Source of the DNA: Flavobacteriaceae bacterium
GTDB taxonomy: Bacteria; Bacteroidota; Bacteroidia; Flavobacteriales; Flavobacteriaceae
DNA length: 64,000 bases
Reading direction: 5' to 3'
Assembly (NCBI GenBank): GCA_030830005.1
Contig: JAURNV010000022.1
Coordinates: 2,169-66,168, forward strand
Of the stretch, positions 8,114 through 18,486 are shown in pieces. The notes under the pieces are model-generated. The model was not told where the DNA came from. It made no database searches and saw only the letters and a list, made by a program, of their open reading frames with translations. The first letter of the stretch is position 1. Every line of letters begins with the position of its first letter. The position numbers were made by a program, and so were the translations under genes.

Positions 8114-9421
8114 TTGGTAACTCGTACAAAAACAGTTTTTAACGTAAAAGATTTGCCCAACATTAAGGCGAAACTATTTTCATGGGCTACAAATAAAAGT
8201 CCTCTAGCATGGTACGATACTAATGATTATCCATACCATACAGGTACCTATGACGCTATTTTGGCAGTGGAAACAAGCAATGAGTATTTCATGTCTAGTA
8301 AAGATCTGTCAAAACATATCGGTATAGATTGGCTTTTTGGTTTTTTTAGTTACGAATTCTCAGATAATTGGGAGGCTATCAGTCCAGCAAAACAGAGAAC
8401 TATTTCTGTGCCGACGCTGCAATTCTTTTGTCCCGAAAAAGTTTGGCTTCTAAAAGGGGATTTCCTTACGGCGCTATACGTAAATCAAGCTGATGCTAAA
8501 AAAGATTTTGATAAGATTTCCCAAGCGTTGCCAATAGTTTTAGGACCCTCTGCGCGAATTGATTTGACTCCTCGTATTTCAAAATCAGAATATCTGCGTC
8601 ATGCTACATTGCTACAAAAACATATTTTGCGAGGTGATATTTACGAGGTTAACTATTGTATGGAATGGTTTGCCGAAGCGGTTTCTGTAAATCCTCCGCA
8701 GCTTTTTAACAGTTTAAATGCCATTGCAAAAACCCCATTTGCAGCATATCTAACCATTGAAAATATTCATTTGCTATGTGCCTCGCCTGAAAGATTTCTT
8801 CAACGAATGGGGTCAACTATTATATCGCAGCCAATTAAAGGAACATCTGCTCGACATAAAAATGAAGTTTTGGATATGGCCGCCGCAAAACTTTTAAAAA
8901 GCGATCCAAAAGAACGTGCCGAGAATATTATGATAACCGATTTGGTACGGAACGATTTGTCTCGCATTGCCAAAAAAGGTACAGTTATGGTCAGCGAGCA
9001 ATGTGCGGTCTATCCTTTTGCGCAGGTTCATCAGATGATTTCAACGATAACAGCACAATGTGAAAAAAGCGCTTCGTCTCTTGAAATTATAGATGCTTGT
9101 TTCCCAATGGGAAGTATGACCGGTGCTCCAAAGCAACGCGCTATGGAACTTATAGATAAATACGAGGCTAGCCAGCGCGGGTTGTACAGTGGGGCAGTAG
9201 GCTATTTTACTCCAAATGGTGACTTTGATTTTAACGTAGTAATCAGAAGTTTGATTTATGATACAGAAAAAAACTATCTTTCTACTCACGTGGGCAGTGC
9301 TATCACAGCTGCTTCTAAAGTAGAAAAAGAGTATGAAGAGTGCCAACTTAAAGCGGCTGCTATTAAGCGAGTTTTGGCAAACACACACAAAACCCCTCTG
9401 AAATATGGTACAAAGGTTTAA
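8114..9421 (+). CDS. pabB: aminodeoxychorismate synthase component I (chorismate-binding enzyme)
   Basis: 435 aa with a TTG start and chorismate-utilising motifs (SPERFL, GAPKQRAMELI, GLYSGAVGYF). Confidence 0.75.
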   Translation: MVTRTKTVFNVKDLPNIKAKLFSWATNKSPLAWYDTNDYPYHTGTYDAILAVETSNEYFMSSKDLSKHIGIDWLFGFFSYEFSDNWEAISPAKQRTISVPTLQFFCPEKVWLLKGDFLTALYVNQADAKKDFDKISQALPIVLGPSARIDLTPRISKSEYLRHATLLQKHILRGDIYEVNYCMEWFAEAVSVNPPQLFNSLNAIAKTPFAAYLTIENIHLLCASPERFLQRMGSTIISQPIKGTSARHKNEVLDMAAAKLLKSDPKERAENIMITDLVRNDLSRIAKKGTVMVSEQCAVYPFAQVHQMISTITAQCEKSASSLEIIDACFPMGSMTGAPKQRAMELIDKYEASQRGLYSGAVGYFTPNGDFDFNVVIRSLIYDTEKNYLSTHVGSAITAASKVEKEYEECQLKAAAIKRVLANTHKTPLKYGTKV

Positions 9422-10685
9422 AGCACATATTGAAAAACTGCTTAGAGGGGAGCCAAATATAAAGTTTTTAGTTGCTGTAAGCGGAGGAGTTGACAGTGTA
9501 GTTCTCGTCCACTTGTTGCGTAGTTGTGGGTATAATTTTGGTATTGCACATATGAATTACAAACTACGTGGACCAGATAGCGATTTAGACCAAGCCTTTG
9601 TTTGTCAATTAGCAGCTGCCCAAAATGTTGATTTTCACGTCAAAGAAGCTTCGCTTATTTCCAATGAAAGCGGTATTCAAGAAAAAGCGCGCGACTTACG
9701 GTATTCATGGTTTGAAGAATTGTGTAGCCTTTACGATTATGAAAAAATACTCACTGCGCATCATGCTGACGACCAAATCGAGACGTTTTTTATGAGACTT
9801 TCTAGAGGAAGTGGGATAGAAGGGTTGGGAGGAATTCGTAATGTTAGCGGTTTATTGGTAAGGCCATTATTGCCATTTTTTAAATCAGACTTGATTGCTT
9901 TTGCAAAAGCTAAAAATATAGCATGGCGCGAAGATGCTTCCAACGCTTCTTCTAAATACTTGCGCAATACTATTCGACATGAGATTATGCCGAACTTTTT
10001 AAAATTATCTCCCCAAACGGCTTCAAATTCGCTTAAAACGATGCAACACTTGCGTGAAGCATCAGTAGCAATTTCATTAGAGGTTGACAAAATTAAATCA
10101 GAATGGCAACGCGATGATGATGTTTTAATAATTTCATTAGTTGCTATCAAGTCTTTAAAACCGTTAAACTTTTGGCTTCACCAGCTGTTCTCTTCCTTTG
10201 GGTTTGATGCTGCAGAAGTTCAAAAACTGCTGCATACACATCCGGGTAAAAAGTGTGAGAGTGTCACGCACCAATTAATCATGGAGCGAGACCACCTTGC
10301 ACTCTCGCCTTTTTCAGAAAAGGGCGAAGCTGAAGAACACTATTTAGTGCCTAGAACGGGGATAGATGCGCCAATTCGATTGCAATTATTAAGCGGTGGT
10401 GCTATTCAAAAAACACCCAATGTTGCGATTTTTAATGAAGAAAAACTTTCTTTTCCGCTTATTTTACGTCGTTGGAATGAGGGAGATTTTTTTTACCCAG
10501 CAGGGATGAAAGGAAAGAAGAAATTGTCCAAATTTTTTAAAGACGAGAAAATGTCTACCCAAGAGAAGAAAAATCAATGGGTTTTATGTAATAAAAATGA
10601 TGTAATTTGGATAATTAAAAAACGAGCAGACCGTAGGTATGTTTCTGATGATGATTCAAATTCACTCCAAATCAAATTATTATGA
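9405..10685 (+). CDS. tilS: tRNA(Ile)-lysidine synthase
   Basis: 426 aa with the PP-loop SGGVDS near the N-terminus and TilS-type substrate-binding and C-terminal domains. Overlaps pabB by 17 nt. Confidence 0.85.
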   Translation: MVQRFKAHIEKLLRGEPNIKFLVAVSGGVDSVVLVHLLRSCGYNFGIAHMNYKLRGPDSDLDQAFVCQLAAAQNVDFHVKEASLISNESGIQEKARDLRYSWFEELCSLYDYEKILTAHHADDQIETFFMRLSRGSGIEGLGGIRNVSGLLVRPLLPFFKSDLIAFAKAKNIAWREDASNASSKYLRNTIRHEIMPNFLKLSPQTASNSLKTMQHLREASVAISLEVDKIKSEWQRDDDVLIISLVAIKSLKPLNFWLHQLFSSFGFDAAEVQKLLHTHPGKKCESVTHQLIMERDHLALSPFSEKGEAEEHYLVPRTGIDAPIRLQLLSGGAIQKTPNVAIFNEEKLSFPLILRRWNEGDFFYPAGMKGKKKLSKFFKDEKMSTQEKKNQWVLCNKNDVIWIIKKRADRRYVSDDDSNSLQIKLL

Positions 10686-12631
10686 GATCAATTCTTTTAT
10701 TTTTATTAATAGCCCATAGTATTTTTGCCCAAAATACTGTAGAATGGAGCGCACAAGCGCGTAAAACCGACACGACTAGCTACGATGTTGTTATCAAGGC
10801 TACCATAGCTGATAATTGGAAGCTTTACGGAACTGATTTACCTGATGGTGGTCCATTGCCAACACTACTTATATGGGAAAACGCTACTCCGATTGGAGAT
10901 ATACAGGGCAGTACTCCGAAGTCTGGATTCGATCCCATATTCCAAATCGAACTTTCGTATTTTACCGAAAGTGCTATACTAGTCCAATCTGTACAAGCAA
11001 ACGACAATGAGATAACCCTTACGATTGAGTATCAGGCATGTGATGACGCAGTTTGTATCTTCAGAGAAGAAAATATTATAATTCCAACAGATGGAACTAC
11101 CGTAAATGCTGCAAATCGAGATTTGACAGACATTAAAATTGAAGATAATAGTTTATTGCTTGAATTAAAAAACGTTGAACTCTTAGAGTCTTCTGTAAGT
11201 AAGAAAAATGTATCATGGTGGGGAATTTTTATTTTGGGATTATTGGGTGGTTTTTTGGCACTGCTTACCCCCTGTGTATTTCCGCTTATTCCACTTACTG
11301 TTTCCTATTTTTCAAAAAGCAGTTCAACAAGAGCTGTCGGTATTCAGCGATCGTTAGTCTACACATTTTCCATTATTGCAATTTATGCTTTATTGAGTTT
11401 GCCTTTTCATTTTTTTGAAAATTTGCGTCCCGAAGTTTTGAATTCCATCGCAACAAATGTGGTGCTCAACATGGTGTTTTTTGGAGTGTTTATAGTTTTT
11501 GCTTTATCCTTTTTTGGGCTTTTTGACATTACACTCCCTTCATCATGGTCCTCCAAGTCAGATGAGGCATCTGCGCGCTCTTCATTTTTGGGTATTTTCT
11601 TTATGGCACTCACTTTAGCCTTGGTTTCCTTTTCCTGTACAGGGCCAATTTTGGGGTCTCTATTAGTGGGATCGCTTACTGCAGATGGTGGCGCAACACA
11701 ACTCACAGCCGGGATGCTGGGCTTTGGAACGGCATTGGCATTGCCATTTGGGATATTGTCCTTTTTTCCTAATGTGCTTAGTAAACTACCAAAGTCTGGT
11801 GGGTGGTTACACAATGTAAAAGTGTCTTTAGGATTTATTGAACTTGCCTTGGCATTAAAGTTTTTATCTAATGCAGATATGGTACAAGGATGGGGTATAC
11901 TTCCAAGAGAAGTTTTTATTGGTATATGGATACTGATTCTGCTTTTATGGGCAGTATTTTTATTTGGCGGATTATCTTTTTTGCAAACCAAACCCAAAAA
12001 ATTTTTTAGATTTCAACAAATTTTAGGTGTCTTGGTTGTACTTTTTGTTGTGTATTTAACACAAGGATTAGCTCCAAATTCCATGACTCCTCTTCGAGCA
12101 TTGAGTGGTTTTCCGCCCCCAACATTTTATTCGGTGTATGCGACAGCTTCAGAATGTCCTTTAAACTTAGATTGTTATAAAGATTTTGAAACAGGAAGGG
12201 CTGCTGCTGAGGCACAACAAAAACCTATTTTACTTGATTTTACAGGGTGGGCATGTGTTAATTGCCGAAAAGTGGAAGAAAATATTTGGACTAAGCCAGA
12301 GATTTTTGAAATGCTTCGCAATGAGGTAGTGTTGGTTTCCTTATATGTAGATGATAGAAAGCCTCTCTCTGAGGGCGAACAGCAGACAATAACCTATGCC
12401 GATGGAACTACGCGAACATTAAATACAGTAGGTCAGAAGTGGTCAGCGTTTCAAGCGTTAAATTTTAAGTCTGTTTCCCAGCCGTATTATGTCTTATTAA
12501 TGCCCGACGGCACAATTTTAAATCCCCCAATACAATATACCGATGTGGCTACCTATGCAGCGTGGCTGAAACAGGGGATTGCGGCTGCAACATCAGCGCA
12601 ACCGCTGATACCCGCCTTTGGCATACAGTAA
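10682..12631 (+). CDS. dsbD: thiol:disulfide interchange protein DsbD-like
   Basis: 649 aa with a signal peptide and a multi-TM core carrying Cys motifs (LTPCVFPLIP, SFSCTGPILG). A C-terminal thioredoxin WACVNC motif is present. ATGA overlap with tilS. Confidence 0.8.
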   Translation: MRSILLFLLIAHSIFAQNTVEWSAQARKTDTTSYDVVIKATIADNWKLYGTDLPDGGPLPTLLIWENATPIGDIQGSTPKSGFDPIFQIELSYFTESAILVQSVQANDNEITLTIEYQACDDAVCIFREENIIIPTDGTTVNAANRDLTDIKIEDNSLLLELKNVELLESSVSKKNVSWWGIFILGLLGGFLALLTPCVFPLIPLTVSYFSKSSSTRAVGIQRSLVYTFSIIAIYALLSLPFHFFENLRPEVLNSIATNVVLNMVFFGVFIVFALSFFGLFDITLPSSWSSKSDEASARSSFLGIFFMALTLALVSFSCTGPILGSLLVGSLTADGGATQLTAGMLGFGTALALPFGILSFFPNVLSKLPKSGGWLHNVKVSLGFIELALALKFLSNADMVQGWGILPREVFIGIWILILLLWAVFLFGGLSFLQTKPKKFFRFQQILGVLVVLFVVYLTQGLAPNSMTPLRALSGFPPPTFYSVYATASECPLNLDCYKDFETGRAAAEAQQKPILLDFTGWACVNCRKVEENIWTKPEIFEMLRNEVVLVSLYVDDRKPLSEGEQQTITYADGTTRTLNTVGQKWSAFQALNFKSVSQPYYVLLMPDGTILNPPIQYTDVATYAAWLKQGIAAATSAQPLIPAFGIQ

Positions 12632-13060
12632 GGGGTTGCCCTCAAATGCCTGCCCTTTAGTTACTTTGCCATAATAGACAAAGTGGTCGCCAACGTCATG
12701 TACTTGGATAATCTCTCCAAGTAAATATCCTAAAGTGTCGCTGAAAACAGGAACTTTATTGGTCAATAGTTTTACCATATCAAAACGCTCTTTTTGGCTG
12801 TTTTTAGGGTTTGCAAAGGCATTGGAAATGTCTTCCTGATTTTCTGATAAAATATTGATAGCAAAAACCTTGCTTTCTTGAAAGGCTTGGTTTGTGCTAG
12901 ATTCCTTTTTAAGGCAAAATAACACTACAGGAGGGTCTAGGGAAACAGAAGTAAATGAATTTGCGGTAAAACCAAATGGTTTGCCTTGGTTTGACGTTGT
13001 GATCACAGTAATCCCCGTGGCAAATTTCCCGCAAATGGTTCTTAACTCTTGTGCATTCAT
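12593..13060 (-). CDS. flavin reductase-like FMN-binding protein
   Basis: 155 aa flavin-reductase-like domain (FATGITVITT..., FTANSFTSVSLDPP). Its 3-prime end overlaps dsbD convergently by 39 nt. Confidence 0.7.
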   Translation of the reverse strand: MNAQELRTICGKFATGITVITTSNQGKPFGFTANSFTSVSLDPPVVLFCLKKESSTNQAFQESKVFAINILSENQEDISNAFANPKNSQKERFDMVKLLTNKVPVFSDTLGYLLGEIIQVHDVGDHFVYYGKVTKGQAFEGNPLLYAKGGYQRLR

Positions 13061-13108
13061 TGGCGCAAAGAACGTTATTTTTTATATTTTAGTGAAAATA
13101 ACCTACTT

Positions 13109-14641
13109 ATGCTTACCCAAATTTTTGGTAGTGCCGTCTTTGGCATTGATGCCCAAAACGTAATTATAGAAGTACATATTAATCCCGGCGTCGGGTATCA
13201 TTTAGTGGGGTTGCCCGATAATGCTGTAAAGGAAAGTAACCACCGTATTGCTGCTGCGGTTATGGAGTGTGGGTATAAATTACCCGGCAAACGGATTACC
13301 ATAAATATGGCTCCTGCCGATTTACGAAAAGAAGGTGCTGCTTATGATGTGCCTATTGCGTTAGGTATTTTGGTTGCTTCTGGACAAGTACTCCCGCAGC
13401 AGTTAGAAAAATGGGTAATCATGGGAGAATTATCACTTGATGGAAGTCTGCGTCCAGTGCGGGGGGTGTTGCCCATGGCACTACAGGCAAAAGCCGATGG
13501 CTTTTCGGGAATATTGGTTCCTGAAAATAATGGTCAAGAAGCAGCTATTGTAGATGGTATTGAAGTACATGCATTTTTGCATCTCACAGCCCTTATTGGT
13601 TTTTTGGAAAAGTATCACAGTAATAATTTGGTGACCTATGATTTGGCTTCGCAGTTAAGGTTTTTTAATGACAGTATTTTAGATTTTGAAGATGTAAAAG
13701 GACAGGAATCGATAAAGCGATGTATGGAGGTTGCTGCTGCAGGCGGACATAATATTTTGCTTATTGGCCCACCTGGGGCTGGTAAGACTATGCTTGCTAA
13801 GAGATTGCCTAGTATTCTTCCACCCCTTTCAACTAGTGAAGCTTTAGAAACCACTAAAATTCATTCTGTAGCAGGCCAAATGAAGGGAAGTGGTATTATT
13901 CACCAACGCCCTTTTCGGTCGCCACACCACACCATCTCTGATGTTGCTTTGGTAGGGGGTGGCACCTATCCGCAACCAGGCGAAATTTCGTTGGCGCATC
14001 ACGGGGTTTTGTTTTTGGATGAGTTACCAGAATTTAAACGAAGCGTTTTGGAAGTAATGCGCCAACCTTTAGAAGATAGAGAAGTTACCATTGCCCGGGC
14101 AAAATTTACCTTAACATATCCAGCATCGTTTATGTTGGTGGCGAGCATGAATCCCACGCCATCTGGTTATTTTCATGATGATAAAGGGACGCCTGGACAC
14201 TCAGCAGCAGAAATGCAGCGTTATTTGGGAAAAATTTCGGGACCCTTACTCGATAGAATAGACCTGCATGTTGAAGTTCAGCCAGTGCCTTTTGAAAAAT
14301 TAGCACAGACACCATTAGCAGAACCCAGTTCCGCTATACGTGAACGCGTAATTTCGGCACGTGAGCGGCAAGCCAAACGTTTTGACGATCTGCCACATGT
14401 GCATCACAACGCAGAAATGAACACAAAACAAATTCGTAACTACTGCTCACTATCCAAAAGTTCACTGACCTTGTTAAAAACCGCTATGGACAGATTGCGC
14501 TTATCAGCGCGTGCTTATGATCGAATTTTAAAAGTAGCGCGTACCATTGCCGATTTGGAAGGTGTTGATGCTATTTCAGATTCCCATATTGCCGAAGCGA
14601 TACAATACCGAAGTTTGGATAGAGAAGGATGGTTGGGCTAG
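13109..14641 (+). CDS. yifB: YifB/ComM-family Mg-chelatase-like AAA+ ATPase
   Basis: Track ORF starts at 13049. I chose the internal ATG at 13109 (MLTQIFGSAVFGIDA...), which is the usual family N-terminus. Walker A GPPGAGKT and a ChlI-like C-terminus are present. Confidence 0.85.
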   Translation: MLTQIFGSAVFGIDAQNVIIEVHINPGVGYHLVGLPDNAVKESNHRIAAAVMECGYKLPGKRITINMAPADLRKEGAAYDVPIALGILVASGQVLPQQLEKWVIMGELSLDGSLRPVRGVLPMALQAKADGFSGILVPENNGQEAAIVDGIEVHAFLHLTALIGFLEKYHSNNLVTYDLASQLRFFNDSILDFEDVKGQESIKRCMEVAAAGGHNILLIGPPGAGKTMLAKRLPSILPPLSTSEALETTKIHSVAGQMKGSGIIHQRPFRSPHHTISDVALVGGGTYPQPGEISLAHHGVLFLDELPEFKRSVLEVMRQPLEDREVTIARAKFTLTYPASFMLVASMNPTPSGYFHDDKGTPGHSAAEMQRYLGKISGPLLDRIDLHVEVQPVPFEKLAQTPLAEPSSAIRERVISARERQAKRFDDLPHVHHNAEMNTKQIRNYCSLSKSSLTLLKTAMDRLRLSARAYDRILKVARTIADLEGVDAISDSHIAEAIQYRSLDREGWLG

Positions 14642-14651
14642 CTGATGGTTT

Positions 14652-15167
14652 TTATGAAGTAGTTAGTTCAAGAGTAACAAAAATCTCAATGACCAACTGC
14701 GTACTTTCTGTAGCGGTATGACTACCGTTTACATAAAGACTTAATGCAGATTGTGTTAGCAATACATTGGCAATAATATTAAGCTTTTCAGCATCAAGTG
14801 GCGTTTGTTTTGTAGCGGCTTGGTCAGCAGCAAAGTTGTGTTGAAAAGGACCAAAAGACTCACTTTCAATAATAAGGCTTAAAGTTCCAGTTGTCTCAGT
14901 ATTCCCATCAAATGATTTGATTACATAATATGCCTCGGTTATATCAGCATCTTTAAGTCGATCTAAATGCGGGCCAAGTTTAGAACTTTCGGAAAGGTCA
15001 ATTTCCTTCGTTTCTTCAATAGCTTCACCGGGAAATAATGTAGTTGTAATCGTGATTATTTCAGTACTATCAAATTTAATAGTAGTTATTTCTTTAATCT
15101 GTTCGCATGAAAAAAAGAGTAGGAAAATAGCGCCGGTAAAAAGGGAATAAGCAAAAGATGATTTCAT
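14652..15167 (-). CDS. hypothetical lipoprotein
   Basis: 171 aa with a signal peptide ending in the lipobox-like FFSC. No motif I recognise. Confidence 0.5.
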   Translation of the reverse strand: MKSSFAYSLFTGAIFLLFFSCEQIKEITTIKFDSTEIITITTTLFPGEAIEETKEIDLSESSKLGPHLDRLKDADITEAYYVIKSFDGNTETTGTLSLIIESESFGPFQHNFAADQAATKQTPLDAEKLNIIANVLLTQSALSLYVNGSHTATESTQLVIEIFVTLELTTS

Positions 15168-15197
15168 GGATAAAAATTAGATTTTGTGCTATTTGGG

Positions 15198-16634
15198 TTA
15201 GCCAAACAAGCGTAAAATACGCTTTAAAGTTGGAAAGTGCTTTTTATATGGTGCATAACGTTGTTTTGGGTCAAACCATGTGGGGCGCTCCACATAGGAT
15301 TTGAAGTGCGTAAACGTATCAAACGAATATTTTCCATGGTAACTCCCGACACCGCTATGCCCGACACCACCAAAGGGAAGGTTATCGTTGGTAAAATAAA
15401 CAATCACATCGTTAATCATACCCCCTCCAAAACTATGCGTCTGTAAAATGTTTTTTGCCCATTTTCTACGCTCTGAAAACACATAAAAAGACAACGGCTT
15501 CTCAAAATGTCGAATTGTTTGGTGAATTTCAATCTCATCAGAATACGTTAAAACAGGAAGAATAGGCCCAAAGATTTCATCTTCCATAAGCTTGTTTTCT
15601 AGTGAGTCTATGGCAACAATTGTTGGAGCTACATAACGGTCTTCTTCGTCTATTTCCCCTCCGCACAAAATATTTTGACCCTCTAACAATGTTTTCATTT
15701 TTGCAACATGACCTTGATGAACCAAACGTGCGTAATCGGGTGAGTTTTTTGGATTTTCACCATACATTTTCTTTACTTCTTTTTTCAATGCAGCAATAAA
15801 ATCAGTGTATATGCTTTTGTGAATCAATACGTAATCCGGAGACATACATATCTGTCCACAATTCATGAATTTTCCCCAAACAATACGCCTGGCACTCACC
15901 TTGACATTTGCCGTATGATCGACGATACAGGGATTTTTTCCGCCAAGTTCTAAGGTAGTTGGAGTTAGGTTTTCTGCAGCAGCTTTTGCAACAATTTTTG
16001 CAATGCTAACTCCACCAGTAAAAAAAATGTAATCCCATCTGTATGAGAGTAATTCTTTAGCTACATCGGGTCCTCCTTGAGTGACAGAAACCCATTCGGG
16101 AGGAAAAATTTCAGAAAGAATTCTTTGTAATAGCGCAGCTGTTTTTGGCGCATGTTCTGAGGGCTTAAGAACAACAGTATTTCCTGCGGCTACCGCTCCA
16201 ATTAAAGGGTTCAATGCTAATTGGAAAGGATAATTCCACGGCGCTATGTGTAAGGTAACTCCATACGGTTCTGGTACTATCCAATCTTTGCTTGGTGCAT
16301 TAAACCATTTGCTGGGCATACGTTTTGGCTTAACCCAAGACATTAGGTTTTTGAGAATGGTATTTATTTCTTGTAAGCTTACATGAATCTCAGCAAGCCA
16401 TATTTCTGCTTCTGGTTTTCTTAAATCATCTTGGAGGGCATTAATAATTTCTTTTTCGTTAGTATAAATTGAAGATTTAAGCTCTTTTAAACGTTTAATT
16501 CGCGTTGCTACATTTCTTGTATTACCTGCATTAAAAAAAACATTTTGGTTCGAAATAAGCTGATTTAATGAGGAATTATCAATCATTATTGGATTTTTTT
16601 TCAATGTAGTGCTTTGTAAAAATAGTGCTTTCAT
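15198..16634 (-). CDS. NAD(P)+-dependent aldehyde dehydrogenase (ALDH3-like)
   Basis: 478 aa with ALDH motifs (ELGGKNP, catalytic CMSPDY region, EEIFGP). The true start may be the internal Met 16 codons in (MIDNSS...). Confidence 0.8.
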   Translation of the reverse strand: MKALFLQSTTLKKNPIMIDNSSLNQLISNQNVFFNAGNTRNVATRIKRLKELKSSIYTNEKEIINALQDDLRKPEAEIWLAEIHVSLQEINTILKNLMSWVKPKRMPSKWFNAPSKDWIVPEPYGVTLHIAPWNYPFQLALNPLIGAVAAGNTVVLKPSEHAPKTAALLQRILSEIFPPEWVSVTQGGPDVAKELLSYRWDYIFFTGGVSIAKIVAKAAAENLTPTTLELGGKNPCIVDHTANVKVSARRIVWGKFMNCGQICMSPDYVLIHKSIYTDFIAALKKEVKKMYGENPKNSPDYARLVHQGHVAKMKTLLEGQNILCGGEIDEEDRYVAPTIVAIDSLENKLMEDEIFGPILPVLTYSDEIEIHQTIRHFEKPLSFYVFSERRKWAKNILQTHSFGGGMINDVIVYFTNDNLPFGGVGHSGVGSYHGKYSFDTFTHFKSYVERPTWFDPKQRYAPYKKHFPTLKRILRLFG

Positions 16635-16809
16635 TCATTTTGACACCTGTCTTTGGCAGTTATTGTGAAAATGAATAAATAAATCGCATGACTTAATGTG
16701 GATTTGATAATAATTTTATTGTTTTTTTGGGTTTCAAAATAGATGCTTAAATGACGTCCCTTTTTAGAAGTGGTTTTGTATTTTAGCAAATTCTTATAAG
16801 AACTGAAAA

Positions 16810-18483
16810 ATGGCGTATAATCGCTACTCTAAAGTTGTAACTCAAGATCCAAGTCAGCCAGCAGCTCAGGCGATGTTGCACGCCATTGGCCTTACGGATG
16901 AAGATTTTCAAAAGCCTTTGGTGGGTATTGCAAGTACTGGATATGAAGGAAATCCATGCAATATGCACCTCAATGATTTGGCACAAGAAATTAAAAAAGG
17001 TACTCAACAGGCAGATTTAATAGGGTTGATTTTTAACACTATTGGGGTTAGCGATGGAATTTCTATGGGAACACCTGGAATGCGCTTTTCCCTTCCCTCT
17101 CGCGACTTAATCGCTGATTCTATGGAAACGGTTATGGGCGGTATGTCTTATGATGGTATGGTTGCTGTAGTAGGCTGTGATAAAAACATGCCTGGATCTG
17201 TGATGGCAATGCTACGACTAAACCGTCCAAGTATAATGGTCTACGGGGGTACAATAGCATCGGGTTGTGTCGCGGATAAAAAATTAGATGTTGTTTCAGC
17301 TTTCGAAGCATGGGGCGAAAAGGTAGCAGGAACTATTGACGAAGCTCAATACAAAGAAGTAATTCATAATGCATGTCCAGGTGCAGGTGCTTGTGGTGGG
17401 ATGTATACAGCCAATACTATGGCGTCTGCTATTGAAGTTTTAGGACTTTCTTTACCATATAACTCTTCGAATCCGGCAGTTAGTCAAGAAAAAATTGATG
17501 AATGTGTTGAGGCAGGAAAAGCAATGCGTCATCTTATCGAAAATGATATAAAACCTAAAGACATTGTTACCAATAAGGCACTTGAAAATGCCATTCGACT
17601 GGTAACTGTTTTGGGAGGATCTACAAATGCTGTACTTCACTTTTTGGCAATTGCTAGAGCTGCGGATGTTGAATTTACGTTAGCTGATTTTCAACGGATT
17701 AGTGACACCACACCCTTTTTGGCCGATTTAAAGCCAAGTGGTAAGTTTTTGATGGAAGATGTACATCGTATTGGTGGTATCCCTGCTGTAATAAAGTTTA
17801 TGCTCGACAATCACATGCTACATGGAGATTGCATGACTGTAACTGGAAAAACACTTGCTGAAAACATGGCTGAAGTTCCATCGCTTTCACAAAATCAAAA
17901 AGTGATAAGACCACTTGATAATCCAATAAAAGAAACCGGACACATTCGTATTCTATTTGGTAATCTAGCCGTTGATGGCGCCGTGGCAAAAATTACAGGA
18001 AAAGAAGGTTTGTCCTTTGAAGGTCCTGCAAAAGTTTATGACGGCGAATTTGCTGCAAACGCAGGTATTAAAGCAGGAGAAGTTCAAAAAGGTGAAGTAG
18101 TAGTTATACGTTATGAAGGACCAAAGGGAGGACCTGGAATGCCTGAAATGTTAAAACCAACAGCAGCCATTATGGGTGCTGGATTAGGTAAAGATGTAGC
18201 CCTTATTACTGATGGTCGTTTTTCTGGTGGGACTCACGGTTTTGTGGTAGGCCATATCACTCCTGAGGCCCAGCTTGGTGGTGTTTTAGGATTGATTCAA
18301 AATGGTGATGTCATTCGTATTGATGCCCAAACAAATGAATTGCACGTCAATTTAAGTGATGAAGAAATTGCCAAACGCCGCAAAGAATGGAACGCCCCTG
18401 ACTTAAAGGTGCAAAGCGGAGTATTATACAAATACGCGAAAGCAGTAGCTACGGCTTCTGAAGGATGTGTAACTGATGAATAA
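16810..18483 (+). CDS. ilvD: dihydroxy-acid dehydratase
   Basis: 557 aa IlvD/Edd family ([25 protein letters not shown]). Confidence 0.9.
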   Translation: MAYNRYSKVVTQDPSQPAAQAMLHAIGLTDEDFQKPLVGIASTGYEGNPCNMHLNDLAQEIKKGTQQADLIGLIFNTIGVSDGISMGTPGMRFSLPSRDLIADSMETVMGGMSYDGMVAVVGCDKNMPGSVMAMLRLNRPSIMVYGGTIASGCVADKKLDVVSAFEAWGEKVAGTIDEAQYKEVIHNACPGAGACGGMYTANTMASAIEVLGLSLPYNSSNPAVSQEKIDECVEAGKAMRHLIENDIKPKDIVTNKALENAIRLVTVLGGSTNAVLHFLAIARAADVEFTLADFQRISDTTPFLADLKPSGKFLMEDVHRIGGIPAVIKFMLDNHMLHGDCMTVTGKTLAENMAEVPSLSQNQKVIRPLDNPIKETGHIRILFGNLAVDGAVAKITGKEGLSFEGPAKVYDGEFAANAGIKAGEVQKGEVVVIRYEGPKGGPGMPEMLKPTAAIMGAGLGKDVALITDGRFSGGTHGFVVGHITPEAQLGGVLGLIQNGDVIRIDAQTNELHVNLSDEEIAKRRKEWNAPDLKVQSGVLYKYAKAVATASEGCVTDE

Positions 18484-18486
18484 TCC

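Noticed and set aside
11407-11997. Long antisense ORFs inside well-supported genes: 196 aa opposite dsbD, 169 aa at 4206-4715 opposite proC, 166 aa at 60632-61132 opposite uvrA, and 136 aa at 2564-2974 opposite argF'.
   Set aside because: Each lies wholly within a gene whose product has clear family motifs. Their translations are low-complexity (Ser/Pro/Cys/Lys-rich) with no recognisable motifs. They are the usual shadow ORFs on the opposite strand of real genes.
13049-13108. N-terminal extensions offered by the ORF track: yifB from 13049, argC from 6083, purC from 28079, miaA from 30022, glyA from 34167.
   Set aside because: In each case an internal ATG gives the canonical family N-terminus and removes a long overlap with the neighbouring gene. 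The extensions have no family-like sequence.
16635-16809. Possible Ile/Leu/Val leader peptide or riboswitch upstream of ilvD.
   Set aside because: Only 2-11-codon ORFs are present (MNK, MT, MWI, MLK, MTSLFRSGFVF). None is enriched in branched-chain codons, and I saw no terminator-like GC hairpin followed by a T-run.
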